From assembly GCA_049510745.1 (NCBI GenBank), contig JBEKYR010000019.1:26697-90696 (forward strand): a stretch of 64,000 nt of DNA, written 5' to 3'. Position 1 is the first letter of the stretch, and every line of letters begins with the position of its first letter. Origin of the DNA: Verrucomicrobiota bacterium. GTDB lineage: Bacteria > Verrucomicrobiota > Verrucomicrobiia > Limisphaerales > Palsa-1400. Position numbers and translations under genes: made by a program. Below the pieces are notes generated by a model, which saw only the letters and a program-made list of their open reading frames with translations, ran no database searches and was not told the origin of the DNA. This document shows positions 9,911-20,044 of this stretch, piece by piece.

Positions 9911-12010
9911 ATGGCAAAGCAAAAGACTGGTGGCTTATCATGGCGCTGGCTGGGAACCGCCGGGGTGGCTTGCTGGACGTGTGCGCTGTTGGTTGTGCTT
10001 TGCTCGGAAAACAGGCTTCGCGCGGCTGATTCTCTTCTTTCCGGTTCTCCGTCCTCAAACGCCGTCATGGCTGCGCTGGAGTATCAGGAAACAGACTCTG
10101 GCGTCATCAACTGGGGCGTTTCCCTGACGCCGCGGACCAGTCCTTTCAAAAAAGAGCCGGCGGCGGCTTCGGGCAAAATCATTCGCGGCGTTTTGAATTT
10201 CGGCGCCGATTCCAGCAACTCCATTCCCTTTCTCTGGCAGTGCCAGGCGGGAAAACTTTACCTCGACCTCAATCGCAACCAGGATTTGACCGACGATCCC
10301 TCCGGCCTGTTCTTGGCGCGCGCCGCGAAGCCGGATAATTACCAGACCTTTGCGAACGTCCACCTGCTTTTCAACACCGCTTCCGGCAGGTGCCGGGTGC
10401 TGGCGGACCTCTCCTTCTGGGACTACAGTGCGCCGCCAATTTGCAGCTTCGCGGTGCGCTCGTTCTGGCAAGGCAAACTGAGGTTGCAAGGGCGGGATTG
10501 GCAGGTGGGCATCGTCCCGAATATCCTGGACCGATCGGGCTTGTTCGAGAACAGCCGGTTGCTGCTGCGTCCCTGGGATAAACGAAGCCAGCCGTTCAAC
10601 GCGGATGATGGGTTGCTCGCCACTGTTCCCTTCTCGCGGAAACTTTTTGTGGATGGCCACGCCTATCAACTGGAGTGCGTCGCCCGTTCGCAAGACGGCG
10701 AAGCCAGGCCCGCGCTCCAATTCACGGAACAATCCGTCGCGCTGGGCGAAGTGAAAATCACCGGCCAATTCATCCGCCGCCTTGTTCTGCAGGGCGAGGC
10801 GTTCCTGGTGGTGCTCGATCAGCCGGCAGGCGTCGTGAAAATCCCGGCCGGCAGCTATCACCAGCCCGAGATCCTGCTCGAACAAGACGGCGTCGCGGCC
10901 TTCTCCCGCAATTCCGGCCAGTGGCAAATTGGCCGGCAGATTTCCGTGCGCGACAAGGCACAGGTGGCATTGAACGCGGGCGGGCCGTTGACCAATTCCG
11001 TCGCCACCGGCCGCCACGGTCAGGATTTGCGTCTGGATTATTGCCTGCTCGGCGTGGGCGGCGAAACTTACCAACTGGCCAGGCAAGATCGCTCCAAGCC
11101 GCCGGAGTTCGCGGTTTACAAGGGCGGAAAAAAAATCGCGTCCGGCAGATTTGAGTTTGGCTGAGGCAACACCTGCTCGCACTCATGGCGAGTGCCTCTC
11201 ACCGCCGGCGGCAAACTGTCCCTTGTGGCTTCGTCCGACCTCGGAGCGCTCGGTGCGAAGGAAGGTCCGGCGGTCATCTACGACTGGGTGTTGCCCAGCC
11301 TGGCGCCGCTGTTGCTGCCGTGGCTGGTCATTCTGGGATTGCTCACCTTGAAACGGAATCGTTGCGCGGCCGCGTGGTGGATTTGGCTGCCGCTCGGATA
11401 TGTGATCGCGTTTACGTTGGCGCCGCTGGACATCATGCCCGCGGGAACAGATTTTTTCCTGGATGTCATCGCGGCGCTGGCGGCGGGGCTGGGCGCGGTC
11501 TGGCTCCTGACAGATTATCTCCGGCGGCCACATCGGTTCGTTACGTTTCTGTGCCTCCTGCTCGCCTTGGCCGGTTTCAGCGCGCTGGCCTTTGTGTCCG
11601 CACAAAGCTGGAGTTTCACGTCGGAAACATTTGTGGCCGGCATCGTTCTGGCCGTGGGCGTGGTGGTCAGTGCGGTGGCGTTGAGTCTGGCCGGGCTGAT
11701 CTGCCGCGGCCGTTATCGTCGCGTCGGCCTTTATGGGTGGCTGCTCCTCTTGCTGGCCGTCATCTGGCTGGTGATCACCGGGCCTTTCTTTTTGTTCGCG
11801 CTCATCGCTTCAGGCGGAAGAGTGTCTTGGGGCGGATTCTTTGTTCCCGTTTTTGCGTTGGTGACGCTCCATTTCGCCACCCTGCTGCCGTTCCTGATCC
11901 TGTCCTCGGCCAGCCCGTTTTACCGCCAACGGCTCAAGGCCCTGCTGCACGTCACACCGGAAGCGCCGCCCGTGCTGGCGCCTTTGCCGGATGCCGGTTT
12001 AAAAACTTGA
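9911..12010 (+). CDS. Putative selenoprotein A, ~699 aa: exported domain, FEFG-U-GNTC (Sec418), then a multi-TM domain
   Basis: ORFs 9893-11164 and 11192-12010 are in one frame, separated only by the TGA at 11162-11164. The motif and hairpin recur in the next gene. Confidence 0.8.
11179..11195 (+). promoter_or_regulatory. Putative SECIS hairpin 1
   Basis: GCACTC-ATGGC-GAGTGC, loop at +21..+25 from the TGA. Confidence 0.8.
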
Positions 12011-12041
12011 ACTCGATGAACACCAAGCCAACCATGATGTT

Positions 12042-13313
12042 ATGAAACTTTCCAAACAACTGTTCCTGGCCGGAATGGTTCTCGCCGGCGCCGCCTTCGC
12101 GCAATCCGAGCAATGGCTGGAATACCACACCGGCGCCGAGGGCCGCGCCTACCAGCAGGTGGAACTGACCACCAATCCGCCCCCCGGCGTCGCTCTGCCG
12201 AAGTTCAATGCGCCGCCCTATTTCGCCCGCTGGCTCACGCCGATGGACCCCGCCGGCGGGCGCTGGCTCTGCCTGGACCGCACGCGCAAGTCCGGACCCT
12301 ATGACCGGCTGTTCTTTGACAACAACGGCAATGGCCGGCTGGACGACAAATCGCCCCTCCCGGCGCGGCTGGATTCCTCCTTCGCCTATTTTCCGCCAGC
12401 CCGCGTTGTGTTCAAGGGCGAGGACGGGCCGATCACCTATCATCTTGTCTTCCGCTTCTATCAATACGAAAAGAATCCCCCGCAATTGCTGGCCTCCTCC
12501 GCCGGCTGGTATGAAGGTCTGGTCAATTTCGACGGCGCGAAAAAGCGCATTCAACTCATCGACGGCAACGTCAACGGCACGTTCAACGACGTCGCCCCGG
12601 ACCCGTATGACTGCGACCGCGTCCAAGTCGAGGGCGACAAGACCAGCGAACGGTTTTTGGGCCGGATGCTGGAAGTGGACGGGAAGTTTTACCGGATCGA
12701 AGCCGCCCGCGACGGCGCGTTCGTCAAAGTGCAGAAGGCGGAGAACGTCACCCTCGGCCAGGTGCGTGTGCCGGAAAACATTTCCGAATTCGCCGCCTTC
12801 GGCCCGAACGGCCATTTCGTGCGCACACCGGCGGACGGCCAATTCACCTTGCCGGCGGGCCATTACCGGATTTTCCACTGGACGATCAGCCGCAAGGATG
12901 AAAAGGGCGCGCCGTGGACGCTCTCAGGCTATAATTTTCCCAAAACCGCCACCTTCGAGGTCGCCGCCGATAAGACCGCCTTGGTGCAAATCGGTGAGCC
13001 GGTGCAAGCCGTGCTCAAGGCGGCGGAGGGCGCCAAGCGTCAAGTCGATTTCAGCCTCAGCTTCGTGGGCCGGCAAAAGGAATCCATCGAGATGCTGTGC
13101 GACGGCCAGCGCCCGCGCGGGCCGAAATTGACGTTGGCCAACAGCGACGGGACGCTGTGTTATACGAACACTTTCGAGTTTGGATGAGGCGGCGTTTGCT
13201 CGCTCTCATGGCGGGAGCCTAAAAATGTGCGGCGTCCGTTGGTTGGCGGCGTCAAAATTTTCAGCCCGTTCCAGGTGCTGACGAGTCCGTTGACGCTCGC
13301 GCCAAAAAAATAA
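12042..13313 (+). CDS. Putative selenoprotein B, 423 aa, secreted, FEFG-U-GGVC (Sec382)
   Basis: Signal peptide. The TGA at 13185-13187 is followed by 41 open codons to TAA 13311-13313, 12 nt before the next ATG. Same motif as protein A. Confidence 0.8.
13202..13218 (+). promoter_or_regulatory. Putative SECIS hairpin 2
   Basis: GCTCTC-ATGGC-GGGAGC, loop at +21..+25; compensatory changes relative to hairpin 1. Confidence 0.8.
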
Positions 13314-13325
13314 ACTGATCATCGC

Positions 13326-16300
13326 ATGAAAACGACACGGCAATTCCTTCTGGTCTCTGCCGCTTGGGCGCTCCTGGGCGTCAGCACGCACGCCCAGACG
13401 CTGGAGCGGGTGGGGGTTCAAAAAGTGGCGGACACAGCCACGAACGCTGGCGCGCAAAAACTTACCGGAACGGTCACCGACGCCGCCGGCCATCCCCTGG
13501 CCGGCGCGACGGTGGAGTATTGGCGTTACGAGGGAAATCGGCTCCTGGCGAGTCCCTTGGAATTGATCGGGCAAATCACTACGGAAACGAACGGCGCTTT
13601 TGAATTCCAACTCTCGCGGGCGGCCGGATTCCTCCTGGCACGAAAGCCGGGCCTGGCCCCGGCCTGGATACAATTGGGCCAGCCGTATCCTTCCGTCGGT
13701 GACAGGGGAGAGAATTTGATGCTGACTCCGCCCGCGGCGCTGGCGGGCGTGGTGGTGGACGAAGCGGACAAACCTGTTCCAAACGCCCGGGTTTCCGTGG
13801 CCATTGCCATCTCCGAAATGTCGCAGGAGGAGGGAGCGCGAAGTCTTAATTATTTCACTGGCAAACCCGCGCGCGATTGTTTTGCCGCCCGCACGGATGC
13901 CGCCGGCCGTTTCCGCATCGAGAATTTTCCGACCAATGGCACGGCCGCCCTGACCGTTCAGGCGCCGGGAAAAGCTCTGCGCCAATCACCGCAGGAAGCC
14001 GGCGGCATGGACTCGCTGCCTTGGCGCGCGGGCCAGCAAGACATCAAATTGGTCGTGGAACCGGCCGGCAGCGTCGAAGGAAGGATTATCGTCGAGGGCA
14101 GCAATCAACCGCCGCCCGTCGCGCGGCTGACGTTGCAGCCCGATGGGCCGGGCTTTGCCGCGCTTGACGAGCGCGAGCCGGCGCCATCCGGCGCGGACGG
14201 CGCGTTCCAACTCAGCGACGTGCCCGCCGGTTCTTATCACATTCATGCCGTCTTTGGAACCAATGCCGTTCCGGAATGGGTCGCAGACATGGTTCCAGTT
14301 TCGGTTGAGTCCGGCCAACCCACGCGCGGCGTGCAGGTGACTGCGGTGCGCGGCGGCGTGCTGGAAGTGGCCGTGCTGGGTCAAAATGATCGCAAACCAC
14401 TGGCGCAAATTATGGTCAATGCCGTCAAGGAGAATTTTCAATCCGCCGCCAGTTCGGACAGCAACGGCATCGCTCTCCTGCGGCTGCCGCCTGGAGATTA
14501 TCAGGTGGCGGCGTTTCGTGAATCCATGCCCGCGAGCCAGACTCCCGCCAGCGTGGAAGCCGGCAAAACCAACCGCGTGGAGATTGAAATCGCCCCGCCG
14601 AGAAAAATCACCGGCATCGTCCGCCAACCGGACGGCCAGCTGGCGGCGGGGTTGCGGGTGAGATTGGTGGGTGGGTTTGGCCCCGGGGCGGGCGAAGTCA
14701 AGACCGATCCCGGCGGCCAGTTTAGTTTGGAATGGAATCAGCGCCGATTCGGACAGAACGACACGACTGCCTGCGTTCTCGTGCGGGACGCGGAACACAA
14801 TCTGGCCGTGGCGCAGGACATTGACGAAGACACCGGCCCGCTCGACCTGAAACTCGCGCCGGGGCTGACGCTGGCGGGCCGGGCGGAATCCGACGGCAAA
14901 CCCCTCACGAACGCGGCCGCCGCGCTGATTTTCTTTACCGGCAGAAGGGGCATGCACCTCGCCGGATTGAGCCGCGAAACCAACACGCCGGGCCGGTTTG
15001 AAATTCCCGCCATTCCGCCCGGACGAAAATACGGCGTCCTGGTCTCCGCTCCGGGTTACGGACAGAAGGCGAATTACGATGTGAATGCCGCCGCCGAAGG
15101 TGGCCGCATGGAACTGGATCCCTTTGAGCTTAAACCTGCCAACCTCAAACTCGCCGGCCAGTTGCTCGACGCGGACGACAAGCCGGTCGCAGGCGCCTAT
15201 GTGAATCTTTACGGAGAGGGCCAGCCCAGTGCAAACGCGCGCACGGACCGCGAGGGTCGCTTCCGCTTCGAGCATGTCTGCGAAGGCCCGGCTCGAATCT
15301 CGGCCAACAAGCAGAATTCATTCGGCAATATGTCGGCGGAAGGCGGCGACACCAACGTCGTTCTGCGGCTCGGTCAAACCCTCAACAACTCCCCGGGTTC
15401 CACCGCCCATAAACTCAAAGGCACTGTGACCGACCCCGACGGCAAACCCGCCGCCGGCGCGCAGTTGGCGGTGTTTCCGTCCTTTGATGTGAGTTGGACA
15501 AAGACCGCGACCAACGGCGCCTTCAGCCTCACTTGGTCGCTCCAGCCCTGGCAAATGCAGCAGTCAGGCGGCGCCGCGCTGCTGGTGGCCCGCGACCCGG
15601 CCCGCAATCTGGCCGCCACCGAAGAGTTGCCGGAGGAAACCACCAACCTCGACGTGAAATTGAAACCGGCCCTGACCGTCACCGGACTGGTTGAAAAAGA
15701 TGACGACTCTCCACTCGCGGGCGCGCAGGTCGGTGTCTGGCTCAAGGCGGGCAACATGTACGACCAGTTGAACCAACAAATGGCTGGGACCGACGCCCAA
15801 GGCCGCTACGAAATCAAGTGCCTGCCGCCGGATGCGTCATACATTGTTTTCGCCACCGCCAGCGGCCACGGTCGAAGCCAGCAGCAAGTTCAGAACGATT
15901 CCGAAACAAACCGCGTGGAACTATCGCCCTTCGTCCTCAAGCTGGCCGACCGTTTTTTGGCCGGCCAGGTGCTCAACGAAAATGACAAGCCCGTTTCCGG
16001 CGCGAACGTGTCGTTGAATGGCGAAGACCAGCCCCAAGCCAGCATGACCACCGACAGCAAGGGCCGCTTTCACTTCCAGGTTTGCGAAGGGCAGGTCCGC
16101 CTCTTCGCCAATTCCCCCCAAGGCGGTGAATTCGCGCAAGCCACCGCCGAAGCGGGCGACACCAACGTCGTGATGACTTTGAGTTCCCAGGCGGGGAATA
16201 TCCGCGAGACACCGCACCGCGCCTCGCTCAAAGGCAGTCCGCTGCCGGACTTGGCGGCCGTCAATCTCGCCGGCGACGCCGCCCCCGCCGGCCAGCCGGT

Positions 16301-16631
16301 GTTGTTATGCCTGTTCGACGCGGGCCAGCGTTCGTCGCGACACGTCGTCCACCAGTTGGATGGACAGGCCCCCGCGCTGCGGCAGCAAGGCGTCACGGTG
16401 CTGGGCGTTCAAGCCGCGGTCACCAGCGATGACATACTCAACGAATGGAAAAGCGCCAGTCCGGTTTCATTCCCGCTCGGACGCGTGGCGGAGAAATCCG
16501 AAAAATCAAAATGGGCCTTGGCCGTTCCGGCCTTGCCGTGGCTGATCCTGGCCGACGCCCATCATCGCATCATCGCCGAAGGCTTCCCGCTCGACGACCT
16601 GGACGCGCAGATCAAAACCCTGGCCAAGTGA
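13326..16631 (+). CDS. Secreted protein with tandem carboxypeptidase-regulatory-like beta-sandwich repeats and a C-terminal degenerate thioredoxin/TlpA-like domain
   Basis: Signal peptide, repeated G.V.D..GKP..GA.V and TD..GRF units; C-terminus LKGSPLPDL...PVLLCLFDAGQRSS...ALPWLILAD. Confidence 0.75.
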   Translation: MKTTRQFLLVSAAWALLGVSTHAQTLERVGVQKVADTATNAGAQKLTGTVTDAAGHPLAGATVEYWRYEGNRLLASPLELIGQITTETNGAFEFQLSRAAGFLLARKPGLAPAWIQLGQPYPSVGDRGENLMLTPPAALAGVVVDEADKPVPNARVSVAIAISEMSQEEGARSLNYFTGKPARDCFAARTDAAGRFRIENFPTNGTAALTVQAPGKALRQSPQEAGGMDSLPWRAGQQDIKLVVEPAGSVEGRIIVEGSNQPPPVARLTLQPDGPGFAALDEREPAPSGADGAFQLSDVPAGSYHIHAVFGTNAVPEWVADMVPVSVESGQPTRGVQVTAVRGGVLEVAVLGQNDRKPLAQIMVNAVKENFQSAASSDSNGIALLRLPPGDYQVAAFRESMPASQTPASVEAGKTNRVEIEIAPPRKITGIVRQPDGQLAAGLRVRLVGGFGPGAGEVKTDPGGQFSLEWNQRRFGQNDTTACVLVRDAEHNLAVAQDIDEDTGPLDLKLAPGLTLAGRAESDGKPLTNAAAALIFFTGRRGMHLAGLSRETNTPGRFEIPAIPPGRKYGVLVSAPGYGQKANYDVNAAAEGGRMELDPFELKPANLKLAGQLLDADDKPVAGAYVNLYGEGQPSANARTDREGRFRFEHVCEGPARISANKQNSFGNMSAEGGDTNVVLRLGQTLNNSPGSTAHKLKGTVTDPDGKPAAGAQLAVFPSFDVSWTKTATNGAFSLTWSLQPWQMQQSGGAALLVARDPARNLAATEELPEETTNLDVKLKPALTVTGLVEKDDDSPLAGAQVGVWLKAGNMYDQLNQQMAGTDAQGRYEIKCLPPDASYIVFATASGHGRSQQQVQNDSETNRVELSPFVLKLADRFLAGQVLNENDKPVSGANVSLNGEDQPQASMTTDSKGRFHFQVCEGQVRLFANSPQGGEFAQATAEAGDTNVVMTLSSQAGNIRETPHRASLKGSPLPDLAAVNLAGDAAPAGQPVLLCLFDAGQRSSRHVVHQLDGQAPALRQQGVTVLGVQAAVTSDDILNEWKSASPVSFPLGRVAEKSEKSKWALAVPALPWLILADAHHRIIAEGFPLDDLDAQIKTLAK

Positions 16632-16716
16632 TCGCCCCAACTTGGCGACGTCTTGGGAGCGCGACCGTCCCGTTCGCCTCCGCCGCCGTCTCGCCGGCGG
16701 AAAACTCCCGACGCTA

Positions 16717-17058
16717 TCACGGAACTTTGACCGTCAAATCCGCGTAATCCGCCTCATGTATCCGAAGACTCTCGCCGGAAACAAACTGCCATCCCTGTGC
16801 CCAGCCAAACTCCCTCATCTTCTTCGCCCCGATGACGAATTCCGCCTTCTTGGCTTCCCCGGTCGTCGGGCTTCTCGCCTCGACAAGGACCTTTATGGTT
16901 GCGTCGGAGTTGTTGTGAATCTGCGCGACTATGCTGCTGCCAACCGCCGCTTTGCGGAATGACACGGAGACGGGCAAATCCTGCTTTGGCTTGCAACCGC
17001 CGGCCAGAGCGGCCAGTGCAATGACGAAGACAATTCCGGCAATGATGGCTTTCTTCAT
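16717..17058 (-). CDS. Small hypothetical lipoprotein
   Basis: MKKAIIAGIVFVIALAALAGG-C, a lipobox-like signal. Confidence 0.65.
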   Translation of the reverse strand: MKKAIIAGIVFVIALAALAGGCKPKQDLPVSVSFRKAAVGSSIVAQIHNNSDATIKVLVEARSPTTGEAKKAEFVIGAKKMREFGWAQGWQFVSGESLRIHEADYADLTVKVP

Positions 17059-17278
17059 GCCCTCCATTACGGCAGAACAGCGGAAATCTTGCAAGCCGTC
17101 CTTACGCGCCGTCTGTTTTGACGCATTTCGCTTGTGTTCCTTCGGAAAAACGGCCAAAAGGGTGGCCGGGAATGAAGGTCCATTTTGTTGCCGCGGACAG
17201 GCGTCCAGTCCCGGTTGGTTTTTAGGCTTGCCGGGGTGAAGAGGGACACGTTGCCTTCCCGACGAAATGAAAACGTCT

Positions 17279-19105
17279 ATGAAAACAACAAAAGCATTAT
17301 TTGGAATTTTCGCCATTATGGCGGCTCTCGCGATTCAGACCCAGGCCCAAACTTTTCTCACCAACGGTCTGGTGGCGTATTACCCTTTCAACGGGAATGC
17401 GAATGATGCGAGCGGCAATGGCAATAACCTTGCCAACCATGGCGCAACGCTATGCGCGGACCGATTCGGCAACCCAAATCAAGCATACAGTTTCAATGGG
17501 AGCAGTTATCTTGGGTCTTCAACTGTGCCGTTAAGCCAAATTGACAACTGGACTGTGGTTGCATGGATAAATCTGGCATCGCTCAATCAAGTGGAAGCGT
17601 ATGTTGTCTGTATGGGTTATGATGATGGCGGTAGTGGCAATGGATATGCTTTGGGTGTCGCGGGAGGAAACCAGTTGGGCGCGTTTTTTGGCGGCGTAGG
17701 CGGTTTTCCCGGCGGATATGTGTTTCCCTCCACCAACCAATGGTATCAGGTTGTGATGTTGCGAAGTTCTGGATCAACAATGTTCTATGTAAATGGAGTT
17801 TTGACAACAAACGGCATTCTAAATACGCCGGGAACGCCAACTTCCTTTGAAATCGGTTCAGCCACTGGCATTCGGTTTTTTAACGGAGCAATTGACGACG
17901 TTCGCATTTACAACCGTGCCCTCTCGGCTTCAGAAGTTCAGGAACTTTACCAATACGAGTCGGTGCTCAAATCTTATCAGGCCACTGCCACCGCAGAGGT
18001 AATCAACGGGTTTGTGACGGGTGTAACCATTACCTATCCCGGTTATGGCTACACGAACACGCCGACCGTGACAATCACCGGTGGTGGCGGCAGTGGGGCG
18101 CAGGCCGTGGCCGTGGTCAGCAACGGGTTCGTCGTGGCCATCGACGTTTTGGATGCGGGCGCCGGCTACACCAACACGCCACTAATCGTCATCGACCCGC
18201 CTTTGTATCCTTATCCAGCCACAGCCGCCGCCAACGTTGTCAACGGGTTTGTGGTCGGCGCCACCATTCTCTATGGCGGTTCTCGCTACACGAACACGCC
18301 CACCGTGAAAATCATCGGTGGCGGCGGCAGTGGGGCGCAGGGCGTGGCCGTGGTCAGCAATGGGTGCGTCGTGGCCATCGACGTTTTGGATGCGGGTTCC
18401 GACTACACCAACACACCACTGGTCGTCATCGACCCGCCTTTTATTCCCAATCCAGTTTTGGGCGTCGTTGAACGCATGTCGTCCCTTGCGTTTTCCAACC
18501 TGACCCTTGGAGGTGTTTATCAATTGCAGCAGTTCGCCGGGGGGTATTATTGGACAAACCAGCCGGTCAACTTCACGGCTACAAACTCTGTCTATACGCA
18601 AGTGGTTTCTGGCACGATGGACAGCGGAGAATACCGCCTGGTGCTCAGTCCAGTTCCGGCCCAGGCATTCGCTGTGCCGGAGGTGGTCAATGGCTTTGTC
18701 GTCGGCGCAACCGTGACGAGCGGCGGCTCCGGCTATGTCACCAACCCGACGGTCAGCTTTGTTGGTGGCGGGGGCATCAATGCCGGGGCGGTTTCCCAAA
18801 TCTCCGGTGGCGTGGTGACGAGCATCACCATCACCAACGCAGGCATCGGTTACACCAACACGCCGATAGTTGAAATCGACCCGCCGCCCGCCATCGTCGT
18901 GTCACCCACCATCCAAATGGTGATGCGGATGGATTCCGCCGATCTGGCTCCGTATGACAATTATCAGATTCAATTCACACCTGCCCTCGGCGGAGCTTGG
19001 CGGAATTGGGATGGCGGATTATTCAGCCCGACGGACGTGACGAATTCACAATACCTTTTAGTCACGAATACGACAGCGTTTTTCCGCCTGCAATATGTGC
19101 CGTGA
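17279..19105 (+). CDS. Secreted LamG-like jellyroll protein with repeated V..I...G.GYT..P.V units
   Basis: GLVAYYPFNGNANDASG...FNGAIDDVRIYNRALS; three repeat blocks; C-terminal FFRL. Confidence 0.85.
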   Translation: MKTTKALFGIFAIMAALAIQTQAQTFLTNGLVAYYPFNGNANDASGNGNNLANHGATLCADRFGNPNQAYSFNGSSYLGSSTVPLSQIDNWTVVAWINLASLNQVEAYVVCMGYDDGGSGNGYALGVAGGNQLGAFFGGVGGFPGGYVFPSTNQWYQVVMLRSSGSTMFYVNGVLTTNGILNTPGTPTSFEIGSATGIRFFNGAIDDVRIYNRALSASEVQELYQYESVLKSYQATATAEVINGFVTGVTITYPGYGYTNTPTVTITGGGGSGAQAVAVVSNGFVVAIDVLDAGAGYTNTPLIVIDPPLYPYPATAAANVVNGFVVGATILYGGSRYTNTPTVKIIGGGGSGAQGVAVVSNGCVVAIDVLDAGSDYTNTPLVVIDPPFIPNPVLGVVERMSSLAFSNLTLGGVYQLQQFAGGYYWTNQPVNFTATNSVYTQVVSGTMDSGEYRLVLSPVPAQAFAVPEVVNGFVVGATVTSGGSGYVTNPTVSFVGGGGINAGAVSQISGGVVTSITITNAGIGYTNTPIVEIDPPPAIVVSPTIQMVMRMDSADLAPYDNYQIQFTPALGGAWRNWDGGLFSPTDVTNSQYLLVTNTTAFFRLQYVP

Positions 19106-19131
19106 GCGGCACCGTTACGGGCGGGACGGCC

Positions 19132-19839
19132 TCATTTGCCCTGCAGTTTCTTGAGTGCCTCCGCCGGAGCGTCGAGTTTGGTTGACCCAATGTCCTTGAT
19201 CTCAAATGTGCGGGTCATATCAAAGTCCTGCTCTTCCTGGTCGGGGCCCATAGTGATCTTGCCCTGGAGGTGCGATTCGAACTTGGTCAGCACCCCATCC
19301 TTGACCCAATACTTGACGGAACCCTTGGCGTTTTTGGGGGGCGGCGGCCCATTGGTGCCTTGGCTTGGGCCAAACGTCAGCGAATCCTTGGCTCCCTGGT
19401 CGGTCAGGTCGGCGCTGAAGGCTCCGGCTTCGCCCGCTTTGAGTTCTTTCGCCTTCAGCCGCGTGCTTTCGGCTTCATCGGCGGCCGTGCCGTAACGGGT
19501 GATCCACCCGGCCATCATCATGGACATGCCATCGGATGCGTCGGGCACGCGCCATTCGCCCTCGATCTTGAGGGCGACTTTGTTGCCTTTGAACACGGCG
19601 TCCAGGGTGTTGTCGCCCATTTCCTGGGAAATCACCGCATAGCCGTCTTTTTCGGTTCGCCCTTTGAGCGGCCCCGGCTCGAAGGGCGCGCCGGGCATCT
19701 TCAGGGTCATGGTCCAACTGTAATTGGTCGAGCTTTTGAGTTTGGCGATGGCGTCCTTGACGGCGTCGCCGGCGGAAGGATCAGCGGCCAGGACGGTTCC
19801 GGCGCTCAACGCCGCCACTAAGAAGAGGGCATTTTTCAT
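19132..19839 (-). CDS. Secreted hypothetical protein
   Basis: Signal peptide MKNALFLVAALSAGTVLA; 235 aa with coding-like composition. Confidence 0.7.
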   Translation of the reverse strand: MKNALFLVAALSAGTVLAADPSAGDAVKDAIAKLKSSTNYSWTMTLKMPGAPFEPGPLKGRTEKDGYAVISQEMGDNTLDAVFKGNKVALKIEGEWRVPDASDGMSMMMAGWITRYGTAADEAESTRLKAKELKAGEAGAFSADLTDQGAKDSLTFGPSQGTNGPPPPKNAKGSVKYWVKDGVLTKFESHLQGKITMGPDQEEQDFDMTRTFEIKDIGSTKLDAPAEALKKLQGK

Positions 19840-20044
19840 AAGTTTGATACGGTTGTTCATCGGGCAACAGATACCGCCGATGGTGTTTTGTTGCAAACTA
19901 TTTTGAAAAATCTGTTTTGAATAATCATCGCGGGTGGGCCGGAGCCGGGATTTTTTCCGTTCCAGAAAACCGGGATGCGCCCCGGGTTCGCCGATCTGTT
20001 CCTCCCGGCTTGCCACAGCGGGAGAATGCGGTAATCTTTCCGCG

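Noticed and set aside
11192..12010. Separate 272-aa membrane protein as given in the ORF track
   Set aside because: Its GTG start lies inside the SECIS-like stem and in frame with the upstream gene. It is better explained as the C-terminal part of selenoprotein A, although independent initiation is not excluded.
11162..13187. Genome-wide UGA reassignment (Trp/Gly) as the explanation for readthrough
   Set aside because: Many clear genes here (proB, mazG, LysR, gvpK) end at TGA at their expected C-termini, and long genes contain no scattered in-frame TGA.
19103..19137. TGA of the LamG gene followed by ACGGC at +21
   Set aside because: Loop mismatch, no proper stem, no Cys partner, and the protein ends in a typical FFRL terminal motif.
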